This document shows, one piece after another, positions 29,348 to 39,570 of a stretch of DNA of 64,000 nucleotides; the first letter of the stretch is position 1, and each line of letters opens with the position of its first letter. The stretch lies in NCBI GenBank assembly GCA_963662545.2, contig CAXXLL010000003.1, positions 2,816,001-2,880,000 of the forward strand, in the 5' to 3' direction. Source of the stretch: Gammaproteobacteria bacterium (lineage in GTDB: Bacteria > Pseudomonadota > Gammaproteobacteria > Ga0077536). Below the pieces are notes generated by a model, which was not told where the DNA came from, searched no databases, and saw nothing but the letters and a program-made list of their open reading frames with translations. Made by a program: the position numbers and the translations under genes.

Positions 29348-30442
29348 CTAAAGCGCCTCCGCCACCGCCCGGTGGATCTCGAGCAAGTGCCCTATCGTAT
29401 CCCGCGGCCGCCTTCCGAACCCGCATTCAGTCGCGACACCGAAATTCTTCGCGTGGCGCTTGGCGACGTCCAGGCGTGCGAGCGATCCTTTAATGCCGTC
29501 TGTGTGATGCACCAGTCCGATATACAGCCGTCCGTCGCCGATCTCCAAACCACTAAGCGGCTCGAAATAGGCATCGTCGGCGCGGTCCTTGGGCACCGGT
29601 ACGTGGTAGAAATCGATCGGCCGTGTGATAGCGGCGCAGGCGGCATTCGCCATGCTGACGCAGGTCGATAGATCGGGCGGTTCGATGAGGTGCCGGTGGC
29701 CGAGATCGCCGTAGCATAGGTGCAGTCCCATCGCGACCTCGTCAGGCACAAATCCGGCCGCGCACGTAACGGCTTCTAGATATCGATCGAAGGGCGTCGC
29801 CACCGGGCGCCAAGGGAAGATACCTTCGTGCGCGTCGTCGCACTCGATCGCCAGCACCTCCATGCAGATGTCCCACTGGATGGCCAGCTCACTCGCCGGG
29901 ATGTCGTTCAGCATGCATTCAATTTCCCGGGCCGCCGCGTCCTCGTACGCCGCCATCATTACGGGAAAATCGTCAGGGCTGGCCGTAAACGGGCGGGTCG
30001 CGCTTTCCGCCAGCGGCATTGCGACCATGAAGCGGACTTCAGGGCCCAGCAGACCTTCGGCCTTGAGCTGGGTGAAGCTGCCATACGATAGCCTGGCTTC
30101 TTTCGCATAGCCGAGCTCGGAAAAGTGGAGATCTGCGCCGTCTTTAATGCGGAACTGCCAGTGGTCGTCGTAACCGCGCGGTACCCAGTCGTCGCCCGGC
30201 GCACGCCATTCGTTCGGATCGGATGAATCAACCGGATGCGGGCGGTTCAGGGTTTCGAGTGCCGGATTGCCGTCGTAGGTATGTGTTGCGAGAAAATTGA
30301 TCCAGATCTTTCGAAAACCGGTTTCGCCGTCCGGAATGCACGGCAGGTGATCGCCAATCCCTTGTGCGCAAAGGCGCATCGCATCCTCTGCGTCGGACCC
30401 GGGAATACTCCCCACCAGTAATACGTCGCCGTTTATTCTCAT
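29348..30442 (-). CDS. MetE/UROD-fold Zn-dependent enzyme (paralog 1)
   Basis: LLVGS, PDGETG.R, IQWD, GLHLCYGD (HxC), ATECGFGR. Confidence 0.75.
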   Translation of the reverse strand: MRINGDVLLVGSIPGSDAEDAMRLCAQGIGDHLPCIPDGETGFRKIWINFLATHTYDGNPALETLNRPHPVDSSDPNEWRAPGDDWVPRGYDDHWQFRIKDGADLHFSELGYAKEARLSYGSFTQLKAEGLLGPEVRFMVAMPLAESATRPFTASPDDFPVMMAAYEDAAAREIECMLNDIPASELAIQWDICMEVLAIECDDAHEGIFPWRPVATPFDRYLEAVTCAAGFVPDEVAMGLHLCYGDLGHRHLIEPPDLSTCVSMANAACAAITRPIDFYHVPVPKDRADDAYFEPLSGLEIGDGRLYIGLVHHTDGIKGSLARLDVAKRHAKNFGVATECGFGRRPRDTIGHLLEIHRAVAEAL

Positions 30443-30527
30443 GGCGCTAACCTCCGGTCATTCGGGAGGCGGACGAATCAAGTCCGTTGTCGCATGCAAC
30501 AAAGGGCGCATCACTCAGTAGATCAGA

Positions 30528-31913
30528 TCAGGCGGGCACCGCCGGCAGGCCGGCGAGGGCCAGACCGAGATCTTCCTCGTTGTAATGCTGGTCGTGCAGT
30601 TTACCGGCGGAGAAGTCCATATAGGCCGGCATGTCGAAGTGTCCGTGACCGCACAGGTTGAACAGAATGGCGCGGCTGCGGCCTTCTGCTTTGCATTTGC
30701 GGGCTTCGTCTAAGGCGGCCGCGACCGCGTGGTTTGCTTCCGGCGCCGGAAGAATACCCTCGGCGCGGGCGAATTCGATGCCGGCCTCGAAACAGGCTTT
30801 TTGATCGTAGGCGCGCGGCGTCACATAACCCATGTCGGTGCATTGACTCACCAGCGGCGCCATGCCGTGATACCGCAGACCTCCGGCATGGAAACCCGGT
30901 GGGACGAAGTTCGAGCCGAGGGTGTGCATTTTGACCAGGGGCGTCAGGTGCGCAGTGTCGCCGAAGTCGTAAGCGTATTTTCCCTTGGTCAAGGTGGGGC
31001 AGTTCACCGGTTCCACGGCGATGATTTCGACCGCTTCTTCGCCTCGCAACTGTCGCCCGAGGAAAGGAAAGACGATGCCGCCGAAATTGCTGCCGCCCCC
31101 GGTGCAGGCGATGATGAGGTCGGGATAATCGTCCGCCATGTCGAATTGTTTCATCGCTTCGAGCCCGACCACGGTCTGATGCAAGAGCACGTGGTTGAGT
31201 ACGCTGCCCAGCGCGTACTTGGTATCGTCGCGTTCGAGGGTGCGTTCGACCGCTTCGCTGATCGCGATGCCGAGACTGCCGCGACATTCCGGATCGTCGG
31301 CGAGTATGGAGCGCCCGGCCGTCGTCATCTCGCTCGGGCTCGCGATGCAGGTCGCGCCGTAGCTCTCCATGAACGCGCGGCGATACGGCTTTTGATCAAA
31401 ACTGACTTTAACCATGAAGACCTCGATTTCGAGGCCGAACATCGCGCCCGCGATGGCGAGCGCCGAGCCCCATTGGCCCGCGCCCGTTTCTGTCGAGATG
31501 CGTTTGACGCCCTCTTCCTTTGAATAAAAGGCCTGCGCGATGGCGGTGTTCGGTTTGTGGCTGCCGGCAGGGCTCACCCCCTCGTACTTGTAATAAATGC
31601 GGGCGGGCGTTCCAAGCGCTTGTTCCAGGCGCCGTGCCCGGAAGAGTGGGCTCGGGCGCCACTGGCGGTAGATGTTCCGCACCGGTTCCGGGATCGGGAT
31701 TTCGCGCTCGATGCTCACCTCCTGCTCGATGACGGCGCGCGGGAACAGCGGTTCGAGTGCTTCGGGGCCGAGCGGTTCGCAGGTCGCCGGGTTCAGGTGT
31801 GGCGCAGGGGGCTCGGGTAGATCGGCCGCGATGTTGTACCAGCTAGATGGCAGATCACGTTCGTCCAGTACGTATTTAACGGTATCAGTCACAACGGATC
31901 TCTCTATCGGCAA
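30528..31913 (-). CDS. trpB2: TrpB2-type PLP enzyme (stand-alone tryptophan synthase beta-like)
   Basis: GSHKPNTA, TETGAGQWG, GGGSNFGG, HAGGLRYHG, NLCGHG. Confidence 0.92.
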   Translation of the reverse strand: MPIERSVVTDTVKYVLDERDLPSSWYNIAADLPEPPAPHLNPATCEPLGPEALEPLFPRAVIEQEVSIEREIPIPEPVRNIYRQWRPSPLFRARRLEQALGTPARIYYKYEGVSPAGSHKPNTAIAQAFYSKEEGVKRISTETGAGQWGSALAIAGAMFGLEIEVFMVKVSFDQKPYRRAFMESYGATCIASPSEMTTAGRSILADDPECRGSLGIAISEAVERTLERDDTKYALGSVLNHVLLHQTVVGLEAMKQFDMADDYPDLIIACTGGGSNFGGIVFPFLGRQLRGEEAVEIIAVEPVNCPTLTKGKYAYDFGDTAHLTPLVKMHTLGSNFVPPGFHAGGLRYHGMAPLVSQCTDMGYVTPRAYDQKACFEAGIEFARAEGILPAPEANHAVAAALDEARKCKAEGRSRAILFNLCGHGHFDMPAYMDFSAGKLHDQHYNEEDLGLALAGLPAVPA

Positions 31914-32004
31914 TTAAGTAATCATCGAGGTGTTAATAGAACCATAGCGTGCAGGGAGATCACAGCCTGGTATCTTTCGGGAACGGGCGTGCCGGCGGCG
32001 CGGC

Positions 32005-32712
32005 TCAACTGTCAGGTGCCCAGGCGGTCGAGCGCGCAGTCTGTCCGAACAAATTCCCACGCTCTTCATCGGTCGGCGGGCCTGTGCGGCGGAACTCCTT
32101 GCCCACGTCTATCCCGCGCGAGGCCGCGGGTCTCGCCTTCAACGTTTCGTGCCAGCGCTTGACGTTCGGGAAGGCTGCCAGATCCTGTCCAAAGCGTTTG
32201 TAAGGAATCAGCCACGGCCAGGACGCCATATCAGCGATCGAATACTCGCCGACGATGAAATCGCGCCCTTCCAGCCGTCGGTCGAGGACGCCCAGGCAGC
32301 GATTGTATTCCTTGCTGTAGCGATCACGGGCGTAGTCGTTGCCGTCTTGCGGCGCGTAGTTGACGAAATGGCTGATCTGACCGGCCATCGGGCCGAGGTT
32401 GCCGACCTGCCAGAACAGCCACTCCAGGATTTCCTTGCGGGCCGGCGCATCCTGCGGCATGAACTGCCCGGTTTTCTCGGCGAGGTAGATCAGGATCGCG
32501 CCCGATTCGAACACCGTTACCGGTGCTCCGTCGACTTTCTGATCGACGATGGCCGGCATGCGGTTGTTCGGGCTGATGGCGAGGAACTCGGGCTTGAACT
32601 GATCACCCGCGCCGATGTTCACCGGGATCATCCGGTAGGTAAGTCCGCACTCTTCGAGCATGATGGAGATCTTCCACCCGTTTGGCGTCGGCCAGTAATA
32701 CAGATCGATCAT
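32005..32712 (-). CDS. Nu-class glutathione S-transferase (YfcG/YghU-like)
   Basis: MIDLYYWPTPNGWK, ISPNNRMPAI, FESGAILIYLAEK, GPMAGQ. Confidence 0.9.
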   Translation of the reverse strand: MIDLYYWPTPNGWKISIMLEECGLTYRMIPVNIGAGDQFKPEFLAISPNNRMPAIVDQKVDGAPVTVFESGAILIYLAEKTGQFMPQDAPARKEILEWLFWQVGNLGPMAGQISHFVNYAPQDGNDYARDRYSKEYNRCLGVLDRRLEGRDFIVGEYSIADMASWPWLIPYKRFGQDLAAFPNVKRWHETLKARPAASRGIDVGKEFRRTGPPTDEERGNLFGQTARSTAWAPDS

Positions 32713-32716
32713 CGAC

Positions 32717-33922
32717 TCAATTCGGCCGCGTGCCGTCAGCGCCGATGACGCCTGCGTTGAACAGCTCTGCGATCTCTTCGGAGGAAACGCCGATTTCTCC
32801 TAGTATTTCCTCGGTGTGTTGTCCAAGGGCGGGCGCGCCGCGACGTGCCGTGCTCGGCGTGCCCTCGAAGCGCGCAGCAGGTCGCGCCTGGCGCAAGGCG
32901 CCGGCCTGCGGATGCTCGTAGATCTCGACGATTGCGTTGGCCTCAATCTGAGGGTGTCGAATCATGTCGTTGCGTGTGAGGACGGGTGAGCAAGGTACGC
33001 CTTCGGCCTCCAGCCGTGCCAGCCACTCGCTGGCCGGGCGCTCGCGCAAGGCTTCCTGGATCATCGCGAGGCGATCGTTAATGTTGCGCTCGCGGAGCGC
33101 CGGCGTCTTAAAGCGCGGGTCGTCGAGCCATTCCGGACATTCGAGCGCGCGCGTCAACGCCTGCCATTCGCGGTCCTGCATGACCGCAACGCTGATGTGT
33201 CCCTCCGCCGTTTCGTAGATCAGATCGATGAAGCTCGCGGCGTCCTGCTGCGGCAGTTCGCCGCCGACGAAGGTCTGAGCGCCCATGTCGGAATGCCACA
33301 GGAAGGAGACGACGGCGTCGAGCATCGACAGCCGCACGTGCTGGCCCTGACCGGTGCGCTCGCGAGCGAGTAGTGCGGCGGTGATCGCCTGTGATGCCAT
33401 GACGGCTGTCACCTTATCGGGGAGGATGGTGCGTACGAGCCGTGGACGCGCATTGTCGGATCCGGCCTGCACCGAGGCCAGGCCCGACAGGGATTGAATC
33501 AGGGGATCGTAGACGGGACGCTCGGCATAAGGACCTTCGAATCCGAATCCCGCGATCGATACGTAGACGACGTCCGGCTTTACGCTACGGATGACGTCTT
33601 CCCCCAGGCCCATGCGCGCGGCCACACCGGGTCTGAAATTCTGGATGAATACGTCCGCGCCCGTGACCAGCTTCATGAGCACTTCCACACCGCGCGCATG
33701 TTTCAGATTCAGCACGATGGAGCGCTTGTTGCGGTTGTTGTTGAGAAAAGCGGCGCCAAAGTCGCCCCGGCGATTGGTGCCCTTGCGCACGTAATCGCCG
33801 CCGGCCGGTTTTTCGACCTTGATCACATCAGCGCCCTGGTCGCCCAGGATCATCGTTGCAAGCGGTCCCGAGATCATCGAACTCAGATCGATGATGCGAT
33901 AGCCGGTAAGTGGTCCTGACAT
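32717..33922 (-). CDS. Family III CoA transferase (CaiB/BaiF)
   Basis: GPL.G.RIIDL, GADVIKVE, NRNKRS, NFRPG, YD..IQ. Confidence 0.92.
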   Translation of the reverse strand: MSGPLTGYRIIDLSSMISGPLATMILGDQGADVIKVEKPAGGDYVRKGTNRRGDFGAAFLNNNRNKRSIVLNLKHARGVEVLMKLVTGADVFIQNFRPGVAARMGLGEDVIRSVKPDVVYVSIAGFGFEGPYAERPVYDPLIQSLSGLASVQAGSDNARPRLVRTILPDKVTAVMASQAITAALLARERTGQGQHVRLSMLDAVVSFLWHSDMGAQTFVGGELPQQDAASFIDLIYETAEGHISVAVMQDREWQALTRALECPEWLDDPRFKTPALRERNINDRLAMIQEALRERPASEWLARLEAEGVPCSPVLTRNDMIRHPQIEANAIVEIYEHPQAGALRQARPAARFEGTPSTARRGAPALGQHTEEILGEIGVSSEEIAELFNAGVIGADGTRPN

Positions 33923-34126
33923 TTGGCCCGGTTCGTTTGTGCTGTAAATCGGGTACAAGTTTAGCCTGTCTTGGGACTTGAACTCGTCAGGCCTTGAGGT
34001 TTCATTATTTGGTCGTAATTACCGTTGCGGAAGGATGTTCTGCTGCCCGAACACCACACCGCGCCCAGTGCTGATTTTACGATATGATGAAATTCCTCTT
34101 GTTTCGGCATCTGGGAGGCGCCCGCC

Positions 34127-35761
34127 ATGACCGAATTCGATCTCAAGCCAGCCGGCGACCTCAGAACGCGGCTCAGATTTCAACCGGATTCGGGACAGAT
34201 CTGGCTAGATCAGCAGCGCATGATCATGATTCACGCCGAGGCCATGGGCGAACTGCGCCGTGAGCTCATTGAAACGCTAGGGCGGGAGGGCGCGCGCGGC
34301 GCCCTGACCCGCATGGGCTACGCTTCCGGCACCCGCGATGCGCAGTTCGCGCGGCGGCTTTTCCCCAATGCGAGTGACAGCGAAGTGTTCGTCGTCGGGC
34401 CGCAGCTGCACGAACTCGAGGGCTTCGTCAACGTCCGTCCCGTCAAGTTCGAGATGAACGTGGCGCGGGGGATCTGCGATGGCGAATTTATCTGGGAAAA
34501 TTCGTTCGAAGCCGAAGTCCACCGTACTGCCTTCGGCATCGACACCGAGCCGGCGTGCTGGATGCAGATCGGGTATGCCGCCGGTTACTCGAGCGAACTC
34601 TTCGGCAGCCTCGTGCTGTTTCGTGAAGTCGAATGTTCCGCCCGTGGCGATCGCCACTGCCGCATCGTTGGCAAGCCTCTAGCGGATTGGGATGACGCGG
34701 AACAGGATTTGAAATATTTCCAACCGGAAAGCCTGGCGGACCGGCTGCTGGAACTGCAGACCCAGGTCGAGCAGCTTCGCCAGGCGGTAAGAGACAGCGC
34801 CGAAGCGGATGAATTGATCGGCGAAAGCGCGAGTTTTAAAGCGGCCTACGACCTCATCGCCAAGGTCGCCGCCAGCCAACTGACGGTGATGCTGCTCGGC
34901 GAAACCGGCGTCGGCAAGGAGATGTTCGCGCACAAACTCCATGAATTGAGCACACGTTCCAATGGTCATTTCGTCGCGGTCAACTGCGCCGCGATCCCGG
35001 AGGGATTGATCGAGTCCGAGCTGTTCGGCGTTGAAAAGGGCGCTTTCACGGGCGCCACCCGCTCGCGCCCCGGGCGTTTCGAACGCGCGCATGGTGGCAC
35101 GCTGTTTCTCGATGAAGTGAGTGAATTGTCGCCTGCGGCTCAGGCCAAGCTATTGCGCGTATTGCACGAAGGCGAGATCGAACGCATCGGTGATACGTCG
35201 ACCCGGCGCGTGGACGTCAGGGTCATTGTGGCAACCAATGTCGATCTGGAGACGGCGGTGAACGACGGCGCTTTTCGTGCGGATCTCTACTACCGGCTGA
35301 ACCCCTACCCGGTGAACATACCGCCACTACGTGAACGGCTCGCCGACATTCCGCTGTTGGTCGGACATTTCATCTCGAGCTACCGCGTGCAGCACGGTAA
35401 GCGCATACCAGGGGTCACCGAGGCAGGTATGGCAGCATTGACCGCCTACCATTGGCCCGGCAACATCCGTGAACTCAAGAACATCGTCGAACGCGGCGTG
35501 ATCCTGACTGCGAGCGGCGCACCCATCGATGCGGAAAACCTGATACCGGGCAGCGGTGGCACGGTACCGGTCGGGAAAATCGAGGAGGTGCAGCTCGACA
35601 ATCTTCTCGAATACTCCATACATCACGAACTGTCGCTCGCCGGCATCGAGAAGCGCCTGCTCGAACTCGCGGTCAAACGCTCAGGCGGCAATCTGAGCGC
35701 CGCCGCCCGCCTGCTCGGGATCACCCGCCCCCAGCTCGCTTATCGGCTGACCAAGCATTGA
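34127..35761 (+). CDS. dmpR: DmpR/XylR-family sigma54-dependent activator
   Basis: XylR_N/V4R sensory domain, GETGVGKE, GAFTGA, WPGNIREL, C-terminal HTH. Confidence 0.93.
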   Translation: MTEFDLKPAGDLRTRLRFQPDSGQIWLDQQRMIMIHAEAMGELRRELIETLGREGARGALTRMGYASGTRDAQFARRLFPNASDSEVFVVGPQLHELEGFVNVRPVKFEMNVARGICDGEFIWENSFEAEVHRTAFGIDTEPACWMQIGYAAGYSSELFGSLVLFREVECSARGDRHCRIVGKPLADWDDAEQDLKYFQPESLADRLLELQTQVEQLRQAVRDSAEADELIGESASFKAAYDLIAKVAASQLTVMLLGETGVGKEMFAHKLHELSTRSNGHFVAVNCAAIPEGLIESELFGVEKGAFTGATRSRPGRFERAHGGTLFLDEVSELSPAAQAKLLRVLHEGEIERIGDTSTRRVDVRVIVATNVDLETAVNDGAFRADLYYRLNPYPVNIPPLRERLADIPLLVGHFISSYRVQHGKRIPGVTEAGMAALTAYHWPGNIRELKNIVERGVILTASGAPIDAENLIPGSGGTVPVGKIEEVQLDNLLEYSIHHELSLAGIEKRLLELAVKRSGGNLSAAARLLGITRPQLAYRLTKH

Positions 35762-35782
35762 GCGCTGGTTGAGTGTCGTCTG

Positions 35783-35801
35783 TTTTACTATTTGATGAAA
35801 T
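35783..35801. promoter_or_regulatory. Candidate DmpR/XylR-type upstream activating sequence
   Basis: TTTTACTATTTGATGAAAT resembles the XylR/DmpR TTGANCAAATC-type site, about 100 bp upstream of the sigma54 promoter. Confidence 0.55.
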
Positions 35802-35896
35802 CTACGTCGACCATTCCTTATGATATGGACAATTTATTGCAATGCAATAATGCAAGCCTTCAAAATAAGTTGATTCTTGACAGCGGCTTATCGATC

Positions 35897-35913
35897 CTGG
35901 CACGGGATGTGCC
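35897..35913 (+). promoter_or_regulatory. Sigma54 -24/-12 promoter of the phenol hydroxylase operon
   Basis: CTGGCACGGGATGTGCC with GG(35899-35900)-N10-GC(35911-35912), preceded by an AT-rich tract. Confidence 0.8.
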
Positions 35914-35950
35914 TTACTCATGCAATGGCGGTTCAAATCGGGGACGGAGA

Positions 35951-36220
35951 TTGAGAGACGGCGGAAAACTCGGCACGACCGCGCAAGGCAACGAACACGC
36001 GACCCGCTACGTGCGTGTCACGAACGCCGATCGCCGAGGTTACGTTGAATTCCAGTTTTCCATCGGCGACCCCTGTCTTTATCTCGAAATGATGCTGCCG
36101 CCCGCTGCGTTCGCAGAGTTCTGTCGCGAGCACAAGGTTGCGCACTTGAATGAGGAAGAAGCGCGCACAGTCGACCTACAAGAAAACAAATGGCGTTTTG
36201 GCAACGAACAAGAGGAATGA
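35951..36220 (+). CDS. dmpK: Phenol hydroxylase assembly subunit P0
   Basis: RYVRV...YVEFQFSIGDP.LYLEMMLP..AF.EFC. Start uncertain; it must lie downstream of the promoter. Confidence 0.88.
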   Translation: MRDGGKLGTTAQGNEHATRYVRVTNADRRGYVEFQFSIGDPCLYLEMMLPPAAFAEFCREHKVAHLNEEEARTVDLQENKWRFGNEQEE

Positions 36221-36223
36221 CAA

Positions 36224-37222
36224 ATGTCCATTGATCTGAAAACGGCGAACGTTGAACCGATCCGCCGTACCTTCGATCACCTGGTCGACAAACTCGGCCC
36301 CGACAAGAACCCGACCCGCTACCAGGAGGCGGTGTGGGGGCTTCAACCTAAGGTCAATTTTCATTATCGTCCGACCTGGGATCCCGCATACGATCTCTAC
36401 GATCCGGGACGGACCGCGGTGGTCATGGAGGATTTTGACGACCTGGTCGATCCGCGCCAGTACTACTACGGCACCTGGACCATTCAGCGCGGCAAACAGC
36501 AGCATTCGCAGGAAAGGAATTTCGACTTCGTCGAGAACCGGGATCTTTTGACCGGCTTCGACAGCGCGCTGAAGGAGAAGATCAAGGCATTGGTAGTGCC
36601 ACTCAGGCACGTCGCCTGGGCGGCCAATACCAATAACTGCTACATCGCCGCGTACGGGTTCGGTGCCCCGGTGACGTCGGCCTGCTCTATGCAAAGCATG
36701 GATCAACTGGGCATCGCGCAGTACATCACCCGCATTGGTCTCGTCATCGACGACTATGACCCGGCGGGACTCGATACCGCCAAGACCGCCTGGTTGTCGG
36801 ATCAGAAATGGCAGCCCATGCGCGCCCTGGCTGAAGAGTCCATGGTCACCAAGGACTGGTTCGAACTTTTTCTCCTGCAGAATTTTTTGATCGACGGTAC
36901 CGTCCACCCGCTGGTGTTCAATCGCTTCGACCGCGAGGTGATCGGCGACGGCGGGGCCGCGTTCTCCATGCTGACCGAATTCATGGTCGACTGGTACGCC
37001 GAATCGACGCGCTGGGTGGACGCGGTGTTGAAACGCGCGGCGGCGGAATCCGACGCCAACAAGCGTTTACTCGATGGCTGGGTCGCCGCCTGGATGCCGC
37101 GCGTCCAGGGTGCCTTGCACCCGCTCGCCGATTTCGCCTTTAACGGCCAGGGCGCCGAGGTGATCGACGGTCTGGTCGACGAACTCATGGCACGCGCCGG
37201 CAAGACCGGGTTGTCCGTTTAG
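36224..37222 (+). CDS. dmpL: Phenol hydroxylase beta subunit P1
   Basis: NFHYRPTWDP, DPRQYYYG, WQPMR, DWFE. Confidence 0.95.
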   Translation: MSIDLKTANVEPIRRTFDHLVDKLGPDKNPTRYQEAVWGLQPKVNFHYRPTWDPAYDLYDPGRTAVVMEDFDDLVDPRQYYYGTWTIQRGKQQHSQERNFDFVENRDLLTGFDSALKEKIKALVVPLRHVAWAANTNNCYIAAYGFGAPVTSACSMQSMDQLGIAQYITRIGLVIDDYDPAGLDTAKTAWLSDQKWQPMRALAEESMVTKDWFELFLLQNFLIDGTVHPLVFNRFDREVIGDGGAAFSMLTEFMVDWYAESTRWVDAVLKRAAAESDANKRLLDGWVAAWMPRVQGALHPLADFAFNGQGAEVIDGLVDELMARAGKTGLSV

Positions 37223-37232
37223 GAGCTTTGAA

Positions 37233-37505
37233 ATGGCCGACAAGGTATTCATAGCACTGCAGAACAACGCCGAGGCGCAGCCGGTGATCGAAGCGATCGT
37301 CGAGGACAATCCTCAAGCCGTCGTCAACGAAACGCCGGGCATGGTCAAGATCGATTGTCCCGGACGACTCGTCATCAAGCGCGAGACGGTCGAAGCGAAA
37401 GCGGGAAGGGAATTCGATCTGCAGGAGATCCAAATCAACCTGATCTCGCTCGGCGGCAACGTTGATGAGGATGACGATGAGTTCGTCCTCATGTGGAACG
37501 TGTGA
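37233..37505 (+). CDS. dmpM: Phenol hydroxylase regulatory protein P2
   Basis: VFIALQ.N, EAIVEDNP, INLISLGGNVDEDDD. Confidence 0.95.
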   Translation: MADKVFIALQNNAEAQPVIEAIVEDNPQAVVNETPGMVKIDCPGRLVIKRETVEAKAGREFDLQEIQINLISLGGNVDEDDDEFVLMWNV

Positions 37506-37573
37506 TTTGAATAGCTCGGGGGCGTCGGGCAAGTGAAAAAAAGCCCGCATGGTTCTGATTTGAGGAAATCGTA

Positions 37574-39106
37574 ATGGCAAAAAACAAACGGCTGGGACTA
37601 AAGGAAAAGTACGCGCTGATGACGCGGGGGCTCGACTGGGAGACCACTTATCAGCCGATGGATAAGGTATTCCCTTACGACACCTACGAGGGCATCAAGA
37701 TTGTCGATTGGGACAAGTGGGAAGATCCCTTCCGGCTCACCGTGGAATCGTACTGGAAATACCAGTCCGAGAAAGAACGCAAGCTCTACGCCATTCTCGA
37801 TGCGTTCCAACAAAACAACGGCCACATGAACCTGTCCGACGCGCGTTACCTGAACGCCGTCAAGCTGTGGATCCAGGGCATCACGCCATTAGAATATGCG
37901 GCGCATCGCGGTTTTGCCCACGCAGCGCGTGCATTTCGGGGCGCCGGTACGCGCGTGGCCTGCCAGATGCAGTCGATCGACGAACTGCGCCACGCGCAGA
38001 CCCAGATGCACGCCTTCAGCCACTACAACAAGTTCTTCAACGGCTTCCACAATTTCGCGCACATGCGTGATCGCGCCTGGTACCTCTCGATCCCGAAGAG
38101 CTTTTTCGAGGATGCCATGACGGCCGGCCCGTTCGAATTCGTGACCTCGATCGCCTTCTCCTTCGAATACGTGTTGACCAATCTTCTCTTTATGCCTTTC
38201 GTATCGGGCGCCGCGTATAACGGCGATATGGCGACGACGACGTTCGGATTCTCCGCGCAGTCGGACGAGTCGCGGCACATGACCTTGGGGCTCGAGGTCG
38301 TGAAGTTCATGCTGGAGCAGCATGAGGACAACGTCCCCATCGTCCAGGCATGGCTCGACAAGTGGTTCTGGCGCGGCTATCGCCTGCTGGGCCTGGTTGG
38401 CACGATGATGGATTACATGCTGCCGAAGAAAGTCATGTGCTGGAAGGAAGCTTGGGAGATCTACTGGGAGGAAAACGGGGTCGCACTGTTTCACGACCTC
38501 GGCCGCTATGGTATTCGCCTACCGAAGTATCACGAGGTCGCGGCCAAGGAAAAGGACCGCTTGACCCACGAACTCTGGGCCACTCTTTATCAGTTTGGCA
38601 ACGCGCTCGGCCTTCACACCTGGGTGCCGGATGATGAAGAACTCGACTGGATGAGTGAGAAATACGGAACGCTGTTCGACACCATGTACAAGCCGCGCCT
38701 GCTCTATTTTCGCGAGCTCGAAGAGAAGGGCGAGCGGTACTTCAACAATCGCCTGCCAATGGTCTGCCAGGTCTGCCAGATTCCGGTTTTCTATACCGAG
38801 CCTGACGATCCCGAAACGCAGAGCGTGCGCATCGTCGAAGCAAAGGGCACCAAGCATCACTGCTGCTCGGACGGTTGCGCTGACATCTTCAATCGAGAGC
38901 CGGAGAAATATGTCCAGGCGTTGATTCCGCCGCAACAGGTTTACCGCGGCGAGGCCGGGGGCGCGACCAATATCTTCGAATACGCCGAGTGGCTGCACCT
39001 GGTCAAGGACGTCGACACCGGCGAATACCGCGGCTCACCGGACAACCTGAATTGGGATGCGTGGCACGCGAGACAGAAAGCGCCGCAATCGGGCGCAGCG
39101 GTTTGA
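37574..39106 (+). CDS. dmpN: Phenol hydroxylase alpha subunit P3
   Basis: WEDPFRLT, two diiron motifs (DELRH, DESRH), CQVCQIP, YHS-like CSDGC. Confidence 0.97.
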   Translation: MAKNKRLGLKEKYALMTRGLDWETTYQPMDKVFPYDTYEGIKIVDWDKWEDPFRLTVESYWKYQSEKERKLYAILDAFQQNNGHMNLSDARYLNAVKLWIQGITPLEYAAHRGFAHAARAFRGAGTRVACQMQSIDELRHAQTQMHAFSHYNKFFNGFHNFAHMRDRAWYLSIPKSFFEDAMTAGPFEFVTSIAFSFEYVLTNLLFMPFVSGAAYNGDMATTTFGFSAQSDESRHMTLGLEVVKFMLEQHEDNVPIVQAWLDKWFWRGYRLLGLVGTMMDYMLPKKVMCWKEAWEIYWEENGVALFHDLGRYGIRLPKYHEVAAKEKDRLTHELWATLYQFGNALGLHTWVPDDEELDWMSEKYGTLFDTMYKPRLLYFRELEEKGERYFNNRLPMVCQVCQIPVFYTEPDDPETQSVRIVEAKGTKHHCCSDGCADIFNREPEKYVQALIPPQQVYRGEAGGATNIFEYAEWLHLVKDVDTGEYRGSPDNLNWDAWHARQKAPQSGAAV

Positions 39107-39125
39107 ACAGGGGGAGGGCATCATC

Positions 39126-39488
39126 ATGACGGTCAAGCATCTGGGCGACAGCTATGATTTCGAATCCGCGAACCGAGAGGAGCGCTACGGCGGTGACATC
39201 AATTTCTACGTCCAGTGGGAACGGCATTTAATGTATGCTTGCCCGTCCGCCTATCGCGCGCCGGTTGACATGAAATTCCGCGATTTTCTCGAGCAGATGC
39301 TGCGGCCGGACTACCAGACCCATCCGGATACGGCAACACTCGATTTCGACGCCTGTGAATGGAAATTCGACCAGCGACCCTGGCAGCCGGATCTCGACAA
39401 GAGCCTCAAGGCAAACGGTGTCGGGCACATGGGCTACATTCAGTTCTCCTCGCCCGGGCTGGATGGCATGCACGGCGTGGGCAACTGA
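39126..39488 (+). CDS. dmpO: Phenol hydroxylase gamma subunit P4
   Basis: YVQWERHLM, HPD, PDLDKSL..NG.GH, PGLDG. Position in the operon. Confidence 0.92.
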   Translation: MTVKHLGDSYDFESANREERYGGDINFYVQWERHLMYACPSAYRAPVDMKFRDFLEQMLRPDYQTHPDTATLDFDACEWKFDQRPWQPDLDKSLKANGVGHMGYIQFSSPGLDGMHGVGN

Positions 39489-39570
39489 AACCGTTGCGAA
39501 AAATTCAGTAGTCCCCGTAGAAGCCTGCTTGCGGATGAACAGTCTCCTGACCCTTTGAACGTCGAATTCA

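Noticed and set aside
35792-35950. Long N-terminus of dmpK in the ORF track
   Set aside because: It runs through the UAS and sigma54 promoter, so the real start must be downstream.
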